The notes: generated by a model not told the origin, from the sequence alone. A stretch of 64,000 nucleotides of DNA from Chloroherpetonaceae bacterium (GCA_046292465.1 JBKBRB010000006.1:5520-69519); one strand, 5' to 3'; counted from the first letter of the stretch, positions 1-10,443 are shown. Numbers and translations are program-made.

Positions 1-58
1 GGAAGTTGAGAGTTCAAACGCCGAAAGCGTATTTTCGTTTTTCTTTCGCTACAATGAT

Positions 59-1312
59 ATGAACCAAACCGAACACTCGTCCCCGCAAAAAATAACTGCT
101 TCTCCGTTTAATTTTTCCCGCGCGTTCTCGGCACTTGGGGTTGCGCGTTATCGTTGGATTTGGATAGGCTCATTTATTTCCAACATTGGCACTTGGGTTC
201 AGAAGGTTGCACAGCCTTGGCTCATCTTGCAACTTTCAGGGTCGGCATTTCTCTTGGGGCTTGATGGTTTTTTGCAAGATATTCCGCTACTCTTGTTTTT
301 GCTCATCGGCGGCGTGGTGGTGGATCGGTTCGACAAGCGCAAAATTTTAATGCTCTCGCAAGTGGTTCAATTTTCCGCCGCCCTTGCGATTAGCGTTTTG
401 ATTTTACTCGGAGAGATTCGCGTTTCAATTATTTTGACGCTGTCGTTTGTTGTAGGCTGTATGCAAGCCTTTTCCACGCCCGCCTATCTTTCGTTTGTTC
501 CCGAAATTGTGGGTCCTACGCATTTAGCCAATGCGCTCGCGCTCAACTCGATGCAGTTTAACCTTTCGCGCTTAATTGGTCCTGTGATTGGCGGCGTGCT
601 CCTTGCGTCGATGGGTGTTGCGTGGTGTTTTGGATTGAACGCGCTGTCGTTTGTTGCGATGTTCATCGTGCTTTTTTTCGCGCCGTCTTCGCAACCTTCC
701 GACACGGTGTTTTCAATGGGTTCAATCGTCGCGCAAATTCGCGAGGGCTTTGAAGCCGTGTTTGCGCGTCGGGAACTTGTCGCGATTATCACGATTGTGT
801 TTGGGATTAGTTTTTTTGGTGCGCCGCTTCTTGCCTTTATCGCCGTGCTCGCCAAAGACGCGCTGAATGTTGGCGCGCAGGGGTTCAGTTTCGCGCTCTC
901 GTCGTTCGGGCTTGGTGCTGTTTTGGGTGCGGTTTTAGTTTCGTCGCTTCAGCAACATTGGATTCGTCCGAAAACGGTGGTCGCAACGGCATCTTCGCTT
1001 GCGATTCTTATTTCACTTGTTGCGCTCTCGCCTTACTATTGGCTCTCGCTCTTTCTCTTGTTTCTTTCGGGGTTCGCCTTCGTCAGTAGCAATGTGATTG
1101 GCAACACGATTTTGCAAACCACCGTTGCCGACACCTTGCGCGGCAGAGCCGTGAGCATTTACGCGCTTGCGTTTCGTGGCGGCGCACCAATCGGCAGTCT
1201 TCTCACGGGCGTTATGGTTGAGCATTTCGGCGTGCAAGTTGCCTTATCCATAAATGGATTAGGATTGCTATCGGTCGTTTTGCTTGCACGCTATCGGCTT
1301 TATGGACGTTAA
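59..1312 (+). CDS. MFS transporter (MFS_3/EntS-like, about 12 TM)
   Basis: 417 aa, hydrophobic; motifs 'WIGSFISNIGTW' and 'GGVVVDRFDKRKIL' (MFS motif A); C-terminal 'LRGRAVSIY'. Confidence 0.85.
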   Translation: MNQTEHSSPQKITASPFNFSRAFSALGVARYRWIWIGSFISNIGTWVQKVAQPWLILQLSGSAFLLGLDGFLQDIPLLLFLLIGGVVVDRFDKRKILMLSQVVQFSAALAISVLILLGEIRVSIILTLSFVVGCMQAFSTPAYLSFVPEIVGPTHLANALALNSMQFNLSRLIGPVIGGVLLASMGVAWCFGLNALSFVAMFIVLFFAPSSQPSDTVFSMGSIVAQIREGFEAVFARRELVAIITIVFGISFFGAPLLAFIAVLAKDALNVGAQGFSFALSSFGLGAVLGAVLVSSLQQHWIRPKTVVATASSLAILISLVALSPYYWLSLFLLFLSGFAFVSSNVIGNTILQTTVADTLRGRAVSIYALAFRGGAPIGSLLTGVMVEHFGVQVALSINGLGLLSVVLLARYRLYGR

Positions 1313-1319
1313 ACCAAAC

Positions 1320-1358
1320 TTGTAATCGCTACTGTTTTTCATTAGATTACTCGTAATC
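1320..1358 (+). promoter_or_regulatory. Putative sigma70 promoter of bchFCX with overlapping palindrome
   Basis: TTGTAA(1320-25)-17 nt-TAGATT(1343-48); GATTAC-TC-GTAATC inverted repeat at 1345-1358; extra GTAATC at 1322-27. Confidence 0.45.
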
Positions 1359-1397
1359 GTTTTCAGAAGTTCTTGGAAGTAGAAGGGAGACATAACT

Positions 1398-1871
1398 ATG
1401 CCGCGCTATACGCCCGAACAGTTGCGTATCCGCAATCGCTCAGTTTGGACGAAAGTTCAAATCATACTCGCGCCCATTCAATTTGTCGTCTTCATTGTTG
1501 GGTTTGTTCTCACCTACTTGCACTACATTGGCACGATTGAAAATTTCCAAATTGTTACATACGCCATTGCTGTTAAAACGCTTTTCTTCATTGTGCTTTT
1601 CGTTACGGGGGCTTTCTTTGAGAAGGAAGTTTTCGGCACGTGGGTGTATTCGCCTGAATTTTTTTGGGAAGATGTCGGAAGCACGATTGCGATGGCGATT
1701 CACTTCCTTTATTTCATTTTTGCTCTCCTGCACTTTTCTTACGAGGTCTTGATTTGGTGCGCCTTTGCGGCGTATTTGAGTTATGTGTTGAATGCGATTC
1801 AATACTTAGTTCGAATTTGGCTTGAAAAGCGCAACGAAAAACGTTTGAAAGCGCAGGGCATTTCGGTGTGA
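1398..1871 (+). CDS. bchF: 3-vinyl bacteriochlorophyllide hydratase BchF
   Basis: 'YTPEQL..R..SVWTKVQ.ILAPIQF' and 'FFWEDV' are BchF signatures; lies directly upstream of bchC and bchX. Confidence 0.93.
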   Translation: MPRYTPEQLRIRNRSVWTKVQIILAPIQFVVFIVGFVLTYLHYIGTIENFQIVTYAIAVKTLFFIVLFVTGAFFEKEVFGTWVYSPEFFWEDVGSTIAMAIHFLYFIFALLHFSYEVLIWCAFAAYLSYVLNAIQYLVRIWLEKRNEKRLKAQGISV

Positions 1872-1900
1872 GGTGCATTAATTGTTAAACAGTTTGTTGT

Positions 1901-2866
1901 ATGAAGTCAAAAGCCGTTGTCTTTTACGCGCCCGAACGCTTGGAACTGCGCGATGTGGAACTGCGCGAGATGGGTTCGGACGATGTTTTGATAGAAACTT
2001 ATTGGACGAGCATCAGTGCGGGCACAGAGAAAATGCTCTTTCAGGGCAAATTGCCCCCAATGCAAATGACCTCGTATCCTGTGATTCCGGGATATGAGAC
2101 GGTCGGAAAAATTATCCAGAAAGGCGAGAATGTGCCTGACTCAGCACTGAATACTTTTGTTTATGTGTCGGGTTCGCTTGGCTACATTGGCGTCAATGCC
2201 GCGTGGGGCGGCGCGTCGTCGCATATCGTCTCGCCGTTCCACAAAACCATTCGGGTTGATAACATTTCGGATGTCTCGCTCGGCTTAGCATTGCCACTCG
2301 GCTCGACGGCACTTCATGCGGTCGACCTTGCCGAAGTCTCGCGCAAAAAAGTGCTCGTGTTAGGACAAGGAGCGGTCGGCTTGCTTGTCGCCGAACTTGC
2401 CAAACACTTCGGCGCAGAACTCGTTATTGTAACCGATTTGAACGCCGAGCGACTTGCTCAATCCAGTGCCAACATCCGCATCAAAGCCGATGAACAGAAT
2501 TTGAACGATGTCCTTTCAGGGTTGCTCTGCGATGTGGTCATTGATTGCACAGGCTCGATGAAAGCCATTGAGCAAAGTTTCCCACACTTGACCATGAATG
2601 CCAAAGTCATTTTGGCAGGCTTTTATCAGCGCATTGATTTGCCTTATCACCTTGCGTTTATGAAAGAACTCACCTTCATTGCGGCAAAGCAGTGGCGTAT
2701 GGGCGATTTAGAACGCACACGCGACCTTATCGCTCGCGAAAAAATCAACGTGAGAAAAATTTTTACGCACTATGGCTCTGCCTTCAACGGAATTGCACAA
2801 GCCTATCACACGGCTTTCAACGACCCAAAGTGTCTGAAAATGGTTTTGAACTGGAAAGAAGATTAG
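1901..2866 (+). CDS. bchC: 3-hydroxyethyl bacteriochlorophyllide a dehydrogenase BchC (Zn-ADH fold)
   Basis: 'WTSISAGTEKM...YPVIPGYETVG', Rossmann 'VLGQGAVG'; between bchF and bchX. Confidence 0.92.
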   Translation: MKSKAVVFYAPERLELRDVELREMGSDDVLIETYWTSISAGTEKMLFQGKLPPMQMTSYPVIPGYETVGKIIQKGENVPDSALNTFVYVSGSLGYIGVNAAWGGASSHIVSPFHKTIRVDNISDVSLGLALPLGSTALHAVDLAEVSRKKVLVLGQGAVGLLVAELAKHFGAELVIVTDLNAERLAQSSANIRIKADEQNLNDVLSGLLCDVVIDCTGSMKAIEQSFPHLTMNAKVILAGFYQRIDLPYHLAFMKELTFIAAKQWRMGDLERTRDLIAREKINVRKIFTHYGSAFNGIAQAYHTAFNDPKCLKMVLNWKED

Positions 2867-2889
2867 TTTCACTTTACTGGCAAACCACT

Positions 2890-4194
2890 ATGCCACGCAC
2901 CATCGCAATTTACGGCAAGGGCGGAATCGGAAAGAGTTTCATCACCACCAACATGACTGCCACTTTTGCCTCTATGGGCAAGCGCGTTCTGCAACTCGGT
3001 TGCGACCCAAAACACGATAGCACCACCACACTTTTCGGTGGCTTGTCGCTCCCGACCGTTACCGAAGTCTTCGGCGAAAAAACAGCAAAGCACGAAAAAA
3101 TTCAAGTCGAGGATATTGTCTTCAAAAAAACTTTCCCCGACATTTCAGGCGAGATTTTCGGCATTGAACTCGGCGGACCCGAAGTCGGACGCGGCTGCGG
3201 CGGACGAGGCATTATCTCTGGCTTCGATGTGCTTGAAAAATTAGGACTCTTCAAATGGGATTTAGACGTGGTGCTGATGGATTTTCTCGGCGATGTGGTC
3301 TGCGGCGGATTCGCCACACCCTTGGCGCGCTCCTTGTGCGAAGAAGTTATTCTCATCGTCTCTAACGACCGCCAATCGATTTTTGCCGCCAACAACATTT
3401 GTATTGCTAACAACTACTTCAAAACCGTTGGTGGACACACACGGCTCTTAGGCTTAATCGTTAATCGCGACGACGGCAGCGGCATCGCTGAACGCTACGC
3501 CGAAGCAGCAGGCATTAACATCATCATGAAACTGCCCTATCACTCCCAAGCACGCGACAAAGCCGATAGTTTCGATTTAGCCATTCGCATTCCTGAAATC
3601 AAAGCAAAGTTCGACGACCTCTGCACGAAAATTTGGAATCGCGAAATTCCCTACTGCGAAGCGCGCGGACTGAACTACGATGAATTTATGAGCCTGTTCG
3701 GCGAAATCAGCTCACGCAAACCCGAACCCGCTCACCTTGCCGATTTACGCCTCGAGAAAAATCTCGACCTCGACGGCACATCAATTGTCAAAGAAAAATT
3801 GGAAAAAGAATCGTTCATCGCCAATGGCTTCCAAAAGCCGATTCAAATCGCCTTGCCAAATGAACAAAACAAACTTGGCGATAAAATCGCAATCGGCTCA
3901 AATGCCGAGACCCTTCCCGAACAAGATGAGTTTGTGAAAAAAGAAGTGCGCACTGCCGACCAGCGTCAGAAAGAAACGGCGGCTCCAAAGCCAATTCTGA
4001 ACGACCACGAGCGACTGCTTCACTGCATTTCAAAACTGCCACGCATTGAGCGCGAGTTAATTACCTTGTCGGAAATCAAGAAGAAATCTATCAGTGAAAT
4101 TGCGATTGAAAAGCAGTTGGAAGTGTCGGAAATTGAGTCTTATCTCTCTTCGGCGCGCACGCATCTTAAAGAACTATTCTTTCAAGTCGAGTGA
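2890..4194 (+). CDS. bchX: Chlorophyllide a reductase iron protein BchX with C-terminal extension
   Basis: ATG at 2890; P-loop GKGGIGKS, 'GCDPKHDST', 'GRGCGGRG', 'DVVCGGF'; about 434 aa with linker and HTH-like tail. Confidence 0.92.
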   Translation: MPRTIAIYGKGGIGKSFITTNMTATFASMGKRVLQLGCDPKHDSTTTLFGGLSLPTVTEVFGEKTAKHEKIQVEDIVFKKTFPDISGEIFGIELGGPEVGRGCGGRGIISGFDVLEKLGLFKWDLDVVLMDFLGDVVCGGFATPLARSLCEEVILIVSNDRQSIFAANNICIANNYFKTVGGHTRLLGLIVNRDDGSGIAERYAEAAGINIIMKLPYHSQARDKADSFDLAIRIPEIKAKFDDLCTKIWNREIPYCEARGLNYDEFMSLFGEISSRKPEPAHLADLRLEKNLDLDGTSIVKEKLEKESFIANGFQKPIQIALPNEQNKLGDKIAIGSNAETLPEQDEFVKKEVRTADQRQKETAAPKPILNDHERLLHCISKLPRIERELITLSEIKKKSISEIAIEKQLEVSEIESYLSSARTHLKELFFQVE

Positions 4195-4202
4195 GGGTGA
4201 GG

Positions 4203-4676
4203 CTATCGTCCGAAGAAAATGCCGTCCATAAATCGATGGCTTAAATTGCCTGTAACGGCGGCGAGATAATAAGGCAAGCCCGTTGTCCAATGTGCCTCGG
4301 CATACCACATCGGCAGAAGGATAAACGGCAAGGGAATCAAGAACGCCGCCCAAAGCGAATGTGTCCAGCCCCGATGCTTTGAGATGAGCGGCGTCATGGC
4401 AAATAGCCCAAGAAATGCCGCTTCGCGCCACAAACCGCGCACGATAAGCACAAGGTCGAGGACAAGAAATATCCAGTAAAAAATTTTCTGCCCTTTGCTC
4501 TTAATATCCACATCAGGAAAGAGCGCAAAAAGCAGTGTGATTCCGAACAAGATGACAAGTTGTAGCGCGTATTGCCAAGTCGGCAGAGCGTCGTAATCAA
4601 AAAGGATTCCCAGCAAAAAGGCAAAGGGAATGTAGAACAAAACACCGCCGAAAAGATGACCTTTGTAAGAACTCAT
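4203..4676 (-). CDS. Membrane metal-dependent hydrolase (YdjM-like)
   Basis: 'YKGHLFGG', 'ALFPDVD', 'HRGWTHS', 'SHRFMD' His/Asp pattern. Confidence 0.75.
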   Translation of the reverse strand: MSSYKGHLFGGVLFYIPFAFLLGILFDYDALPTWQYALQLVILFGITLLFALFPDVDIKSKGQKIFYWIFLVLDLVLIVRGLWREAAFLGLFAMTPLISKHRGWTHSLWAAFLIPLPFILLPMWYAEAHWTTGLPYYLAAVTGNLSHRFMDGIFFGR

Positions 4677-4742
4677 CTAAAAGTTTTTTGCAAAAAAATG
4701 GTTACTTTACTTCATCTGTTTTCAACGAAAAATTCATCGCCG

Positions 4743-6320
4743 ATGCACCGAAAATACTTATCCCTTTCCACACTTTTACTGCTCACTGTTTTTTTAGGAA
4801 GTTGCATTGAAGAACCTGCCTCGCCGACTTGGCTAACAAACAACCGTCTTCCAGTTGTCAATACCATCTACACTGTCGAGCGGCTGATTGAAGAAGCGCG
4901 TGACCAGAATCTTGTTGTTTCTTCACAAGGCACGGTCGATTACATCTTCATCAAACGCTACGACCAATTAGTCGATATTCGTGATTCGCTTCGAGTAACA
5001 CTCTCTCGCACGCTGAACATTCAGCAAACTTCTGTTACAGTCGGCACGCCTGTGGTGCGTAACGACTCTTTGAAAATTACAGGTGGCAAAGTTGAACGTA
5101 TCGACACAGTTATTCTCAAACGCGGCACTCAAAGATTGACCGTTGAAAACCTCAATGCGTCCAGCGGCACAATTACCGTTACCTTTCCGACCATTCGTAA
5201 TTCTGCGAACAATCAAGCCTTGTCGCTTTCTACGCCGTTTGCCGGCAACGCAAGCGTTACCGTTGCCTCGCCATCACTTGAAAATTTCCGCATTACTTCG
5301 CCCGACCGAATCAATGTGCCGTTCTCCGTTAGCACCACGCTTACAGCAGGCAACGCCATCAACCTACGCGTAACGGTTGTTTCCGATAGTTTCGTCGCGC
5401 GCTATGTCAGAGGTGTAATTTGGAATGTCGAAACCAATCGCCCTGCCGAGTATGATATTGTCGTCGAGCCGATTGACATCAACGCTTTCAACTCGATTGA
5501 CACGGTTGCAGGCGACGCTGACCCAACTCTCTCGCTCACGCTTTTTAACTCCTTCAATGTTGAAGATACGGTCAAACCAATTTTCCGCTCAGTCAATACA
5601 CGCACCAACGACACCCTGCTAATTTTGGAGCAAGGGCGCAATGTGGTTCGCTTTATTCCGGCTACGCCAATCGGAGCACCGCGCCCCGATTCCGTCCGCG
5701 TTGAGCTCGATAAAAACAACAGCAACGCGCTTCCTGTGGTCTTGCGGCGACCACAGAAAATTTTCGTTGACGGCACGGTCGTCGCTAACCCACGAAGGCT
5801 CACCGGTTCAGCCTTCGACACCAGCACCGCGGCATTAGATTTTGAACTTAAAATTCCGTTGCGCTTTTCGCTTGATACGCTTGCCGCCAGCGACTCGTCC
5901 GACCTTAACGAAGAAATCAACACCGATAACTTTGAGAAATTTGTCTTGAACCTTCGCGCCGAAAGCGAACTTCCATTCAACAGCGAAGGCAAAATTTTCT
6001 TTCTTGATGCCAATCGCCAGCCCTTGCGCTTAGCCAATGGAAATCCGTTCACATTTCCACGCACAGGCGACACCACGAAACTGCGCTTTGCCTCTGCGCC
6101 AATCAATCCCAATACCGGCTTTAGCAATGGCGTTGCCGTGAGCACTTCGCGCTTCGACTTCACCCCTGAGGAATTGCGTCTTTTGAAACAAACCAAGTTT
6201 GTCTTCAATCAAATTTTCATTAACACTAAAACGCCGACGACGCGGCGCATTGTTTTGCGAAGCCGCGACACGATTCGCCTGCGCGGCACTGGCGAAGTTG
6301 TTTATCGCATCGGCAACTAA
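4743..6320 (+). CDS. Uncharacterised beta-rich lipoprotein (about 525 aa)
   Basis: ATG at 4743; signal 'MHRKYLSLSTLLLLTVFLGSC' with lipobox LGSC; Thr/Asn/Ser-rich. Confidence 0.75.
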   Translation: MHRKYLSLSTLLLLTVFLGSCIEEPASPTWLTNNRLPVVNTIYTVERLIEEARDQNLVVSSQGTVDYIFIKRYDQLVDIRDSLRVTLSRTLNIQQTSVTVGTPVVRNDSLKITGGKVERIDTVILKRGTQRLTVENLNASSGTITVTFPTIRNSANNQALSLSTPFAGNASVTVASPSLENFRITSPDRINVPFSVSTTLTAGNAINLRVTVVSDSFVARYVRGVIWNVETNRPAEYDIVVEPIDINAFNSIDTVAGDADPTLSLTLFNSFNVEDTVKPIFRSVNTRTNDTLLILEQGRNVVRFIPATPIGAPRPDSVRVELDKNNSNALPVVLRRPQKIFVDGTVVANPRRLTGSAFDTSTAALDFELKIPLRFSLDTLAASDSSDLNEEINTDNFEKFVLNLRAESELPFNSEGKIFFLDANRQPLRLANGNPFTFPRTGDTTKLRFASAPINPNTGFSNGVAVSTSRFDFTPEELRLLKQTKFVFNQIFINTKTPTTRRIVLRSRDTIRLRGTGEVVYRIGN

Positions 6321-6353
6321 ACATTTTATTCATACCTTAACTTGCAGTAAAAA

Positions 6354-7547
6354 ATGAACAAGAAAACCATTCGCGATATTTCCGTTTCAGGCAAGCGCGT
6401 GCTCGTGCGCGTCGATTTCAACGTCCCGCTCGATAAAGAAAAAAATATCGAAGACGATACGCGCATTCGTGAATCGCTTCCCACCATTGAGCATCTTCTT
6501 TCGCAAGGCGGCAAGGTGATTTTAATGTCGCACTTAGGCAGACCGAAAGGCAAGTCGCCTGAATTTTCACTCGCGCCCGTTGCCAAGCGTCTTTCAGAAT
6601 TGCTCGCAAAACCTGTTCACTTTGCGTCCGATTGTATCGGCGCAGAAGCCGAAACCGCCGTAAGCAAACTTCAAAACGGCGAAGTGTTGCTTTTAGAAAA
6701 CGTCCGATTCTACAAAGAAGAAGAAGCCAACGACGCCGAATTTGCAAAGAAACTTGCTTCGCTTGGCGATGTGTATGTCAATGATGCGTTTGGCACAGCA
6801 CATCGCGCCCACGCTTCCACCGAAGGCGTTACGAAGTTCATTCAAACCGCCGTCGCAGGATTTTTGATTGAAAAGGAACTCAAATACTTAGGCGAAGCCA
6901 CAGCAAACCCGCAGCGTCCTTTCGTTGCAATTCTGGGCGGCGCGAAAATTTCAGGCAAAATTGATGTGTTAGAAAAACTGTTGGAGAAAGTCGATACGGT
7001 TCTCGTTGGCGGCGCGATGATTTTCACCTTCTTCAAAGCACAAGGATTGAAGGTCGGAAAGTCGCTCGTCGAAGACGATAAACTCGACATTGCGAAAACA
7101 ATTATGGACAAGGCGCAATCGCGCAAGGTGAAACTTCTTCTGCCAACTGATGTTGTGATTGCTGATAAATTTGAGAAAGACGCGAATGCGAAAACCGTCA
7201 GCATTAACGCGATTGAAGAGGGCTGGCTCGGTTTGGATATTGGTGCTGAAACGATTAAAACCTATCGTCAAGAAATTTTGAACGCAAAGACGATTGTTTG
7301 GAACGGACCGATGGGCGTTTTTGAAATGGAGAAATTCGCCGTTGGCACGTTTGAAATTGCCAAAGCCCTTGCCGAAGCAACAAAGAACGGCGCAACGACG
7401 GTTATCGGCGGCGGCGATAGTGCCTCTGCAATCGTTAAAGCCGGACTTGAAAAAGCCGTTACACACGTTTCAACTGGTGGCGGCGCAAGTTTGGAGTTTC
7501 TCGAAGGAAAAATTTTGCCCGGTATTGCCGCGCTCAACGAGAAGTGA
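6354..7547 (+). CDS. pgk: Phosphoglycerate kinase
   Basis: 'RVDFNVP', 'LENVRF', '[13 protein letters not shown]', '[13 protein letters not shown]'. Confidence 0.98.
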   Translation: MNKKTIRDISVSGKRVLVRVDFNVPLDKEKNIEDDTRIRESLPTIEHLLSQGGKVILMSHLGRPKGKSPEFSLAPVAKRLSELLAKPVHFASDCIGAEAETAVSKLQNGEVLLLENVRFYKEEEANDAEFAKKLASLGDVYVNDAFGTAHRAHASTEGVTKFIQTAVAGFLIEKELKYLGEATANPQRPFVAILGGAKISGKIDVLEKLLEKVDTVLVGGAMIFTFFKAQGLKVGKSLVEDDKLDIAKTIMDKAQSRKVKLLLPTDVVIADKFEKDANAKTVSINAIEEGWLGLDIGAETIKTYRQEILNAKTIVWNGPMGVFEMEKFAVGTFEIAKALAEATKNGATTVIGGGDSASAIVKAGLEKAVTHVSTGGGASLEFLEGKILPGIAALNEK

Positions 7548-7619
7548 TTTTTTCACAAAAATTTTTAGTTTTATCGGCGTGTTACGCCTTTAACAACGAC
7601 ATCAAACCTTTTTACTCGA

Positions 7620-8411
7620 ATGCGTTACGATGATTATCAACCAAGCGGTTTTTCGCTGATGCCTCCCGCCATCAAATCTTTGATTATTTCCAATGTGCTG
7701 ATTGCACTCTTTGGGTGGCTTCTTCCGGGCTTGAACTACGCACTGCGCGATTACGGTGCACTTTGGCCCGTAGGCTCAGGCAATTTTGAGATTTGGCAAC
7801 CCGTTACTTATCTCTTTCTGCATGGTGGATTCGGGCACCTTTTCTTCAACATGCTAGCACTTTGGATGTTCGGCGTGGAGATTGAAAACTACTGGGGCAC
7901 GAAGCACTTTACGAGTTACTACTTCACGTGCGGCGTCGGCGCAGGGATTTTGAACATGATTTTCACGCACGATGCACCGACGATTGGCGCGTCAGGTGCC
8001 GTTTATGGCGTTTTGCTTGCCTTCGGCATGATGTTCCCCGACCGATATATCTACATTTACTTCCTCATTCCCATTAAAGCCAAATTTTTAATCGCCATTT
8101 ACATTGTGCTTGAATTCTTCGCCTCACTTGGCAGTTCGGGAAGTAACGTTGCGCACTTTGCGCACTTAGGCGGCATGCTTATCGGATTCATTTACATCAA
8201 AGTCATGCAAGGCGAATTGCCTATGCAAGGCTGGCTCGAGAAAACTTTTGCATCTAAACAAAATTACACTTCACCGACACGCACGCTCAACTCGCGCTCA
8301 AAACAAGACCGCATCGATGAAATCCTCGACAAAATTTCTCGCTCCGGCTACGAGTCACTTACGAGCGAAGAAAAACGCGAATTGCTCGAAGCCAGCAAGA
8401 AACAAGATTAA
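7620..8411 (+). CDS. Rhomboid intramembrane serine protease with C-terminal soluble domain
   Basis: 'HLFFNM', catalytic 'GASG', 'AHFAHLGG'; tail 'IDEILDKISRSGYESLT.EEK'. Confidence 0.9.
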   Translation: MRYDDYQPSGFSLMPPAIKSLIISNVLIALFGWLLPGLNYALRDYGALWPVGSGNFEIWQPVTYLFLHGGFGHLFFNMLALWMFGVEIENYWGTKHFTSYYFTCGVGAGILNMIFTHDAPTIGASGAVYGVLLAFGMMFPDRYIYIYFLIPIKAKFLIAIYIVLEFFASLGSSGSNVAHFAHLGGMLIGFIYIKVMQGELPMQGWLEKTFASKQNYTSPTRTLNSRSKQDRIDEILDKISRSGYESLTSEEKRELLEASKKQD

Positions 8412-8431
8412 ACTTTCCTCACCTGATTTTT

Positions 8432-8460
8432 AAGCCCTTCCGAGCAAGAAGGGCTTTTTT
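8432..8460 (+). terminator. Rho-independent terminator
   Basis: aagcccttc-cgagcaa-gaagggctt followed by a T-run. Confidence 0.8.
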
Positions 8461-8538
8461 CATTTTACAAAACGATTGTTTCACAGCCCTTGTTAAGCAC
8501 TAAGAACTTTTATCTAACATTCAACTTTTAGCCAATAT

Positions 8539-10434
8539 ATGCCAACAATTCCAATCGATATTCGCACAGGCACTATCAAAAAAGAACGCATCATCGGCAT
8601 TGATTTAGGCACCACCAATAGCCTCGTCGCCTACATGCACGACGACCACCCTGCCATCATCGCCAATAAATACACCCAAGAGCGCATCGTTCCGTCTGTC
8701 GTTTATTTTGATGAAAACTTCACGCCGATTGTCGGTTCAAGTGCGAAGGAATTTTTCATGCGCTTTCCCGACCGCACGATTTACTCCGTCAAACGCTTGA
8801 TGGGCAAAGCCTTCGCCGATGTTAAAGACGAACTTTCAAACTTGCCCTATCGCGTCAATGAACAACAATCTTCTACTGTTTGCAAAATTGAAATCAGCAA
8901 CGGCAAAGAAACGCGCTACTTCACACCGATTGAAATTTCATCGCTCATTTTGAAAGAACTCAAACGCTGGGCGGACGATTACTTCGAGGAACCTGTCCTG
9001 AAAGCCGTCATTACCGTTCCTGCCTACTTCAACGACGCGCAACGGCAAGCCACAAAAGACGCAGGCAAACTTGCAGGGCTTGAAGTCTTGCGCATCATCA
9101 ATGAGCCAACTGCCGCTTCACTCGCTTACGGATTGGATAAATCCAAAAACGGACTTATTGCCGTCTATGACTTGGGCGGCGGCACTTTCGATATTTCCAT
9201 TCTCAAACTCGACGACGGCATTTTTGATGTGCTTTCCACAAATGGCGACACGCACTTGGGCGGCGACGACCTCGACCTTGCCTTGATGAACCATCTTGCC
9301 GTTGAAATTCAAGCACAATGCGGATTAAATGTTTTTACAAACCCGCAAATCGCGCAACGACTTCGCCTCGAGTGCGAACGCGCAAAACGCGACCTCACCG
9401 ATGCCGAACAAACCGAAATACACTTTGACGTGTGCGGACAGCCGTTTAATCGCACGCTCTCGCGCTCTGAATTTGAAAAAATTATCGCGCCCGTTATCGA
9501 GCGCACGCGCATTCCTTGCCTCAAAGCCTTGAAAGATGCCGGCGTTACCGCCAGCGAAATTGACGAGATTGTTTTAGTCGGTGGCTCAACGCGTATACCG
9601 TTTGTCAAACGATTTGTCTCGGAACTCTTCGGCGGCAAAAAGCCTCACGACGAACTCAACCCTGATGAAGTTGTCGCACTCGGCGCGGCAATTCAAGCAG
9701 GCGTGCTTTCAGGCGATACGGACGATATTTTACTCTTAGACATTACGCCGCTTTCACTCGGCATTGAAACCGTTGGCGGAGTCTTTACGCCCATCATTCC
9801 GCGCAATACCAAAGTGCCAATTAAAATCGCACAAGAGTTCACCACATCGGTCGATAATCAAACTGGGATTGACATTCACGTCTTGCAAGGCGAACGCGAA
9901 CTTGCTGCGGATAATCGCTCGCTGGCTAAATTCACCTTGAAGCCCATTCCGCCTTTGCCAGCAGGCATGCCGCGCATTCTCGTCATGTTCGGTCTCGATG
10001 CCAACGGCATTCTTACCGTAACTGCCAAAGACCAACGCACCGGCAAAGAACAATCGATTGAAGTGAAACCTACTTACGGCTTGACGGACGAAGAAGTCGA
10101 GCAAATGCTTCTTGCAGGCTTTGAACACGCACAAGAAGATGTCGAGAAACGCTTGCTCATTGAAGCGCAAGTTGAAGCTAATGCGTTGATTGCAGCAACG
10201 GAAAAATCGATTGAACGCCAACGAGAGATTTTCGACAAACTTCCTCTCGAAGAGCAAAATCAAATTCAATCGGTCTTGGCGGAGTTGAAGTCGGCTGTAG
10301 CAGGAGCGGATAGAAAGTTAATCGCCGATGTTACGGAGAAACTCAATCAAACGACGATGCACTTTGCACAAGAAGCAATGAACGCCGCTGTTAGTCGCGC
10401 GTTGGAAAAGCGCAAACTTGACGAAGTCGTTTAA
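8539..10434 (+). CDS. hscA: Hsp70-family Fe-S assembly chaperone HscA
   Basis: GIDLGTTNS, '[17 protein letters not shown]', '[10 protein letters not shown]'; HscA-type '[16 protein letters not shown]'; lacks the DnaK acidic tail. Confidence 0.8.
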   Translation: MPTIPIDIRTGTIKKERIIGIDLGTTNSLVAYMHDDHPAIIANKYTQERIVPSVVYFDENFTPIVGSSAKEFFMRFPDRTIYSVKRLMGKAFADVKDELSNLPYRVNEQQSSTVCKIEISNGKETRYFTPIEISSLILKELKRWADDYFEEPVLKAVITVPAYFNDAQRQATKDAGKLAGLEVLRIINEPTAASLAYGLDKSKNGLIAVYDLGGGTFDISILKLDDGIFDVLSTNGDTHLGGDDLDLALMNHLAVEIQAQCGLNVFTNPQIAQRLRLECERAKRDLTDAEQTEIHFDVCGQPFNRTLSRSEFEKIIAPVIERTRIPCLKALKDAGVTASEIDEIVLVGGSTRIPFVKRFVSELFGGKKPHDELNPDEVVALGAAIQAGVLSGDTDDILLLDITPLSLGIETVGGVFTPIIPRNTKVPIKIAQEFTTSVDNQTGIDIHVLQGERELAADNRSLAKFTLKPIPPLPAGMPRILVMFGLDANGILTVTAKDQRTGKEQSIEVKPTYGLTDEEVEQMLLAGFEHAQEDVEKRLLIEAQVEANALIAATEKSIERQREIFDKLPLEEQNQIQSVLAELKSAVAGADRKLIADVTEKLNQTTMHFAQEAMNAAVSRALEKRKLDEVV

Positions 10435-10443
10435 GCGAAAGTC

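Noticed and set aside
59-1312. MFS next to bch genes as a PucC/LhaA pigment-assembly factor
   Set aside because: Motifs fit generic MFS_3/EntS-like exporters; no BCD-family signature recognised
2692-2889. N-terminal extension of BchX given by the ORF track
   Set aside because: Overlaps bchC in another frame; the family start MPRTIAIYGKGG is at 2890
2890-4194. nifH/bchL call
   Set aside because: bchF-bchC context and sequence fit BchX; no nif genes nearby
5402-6208. 268-aa antisense ORF and many similar shadow ORFs in the track
   Set aside because: They lie opposite well-supported genes and have no recognisable motifs
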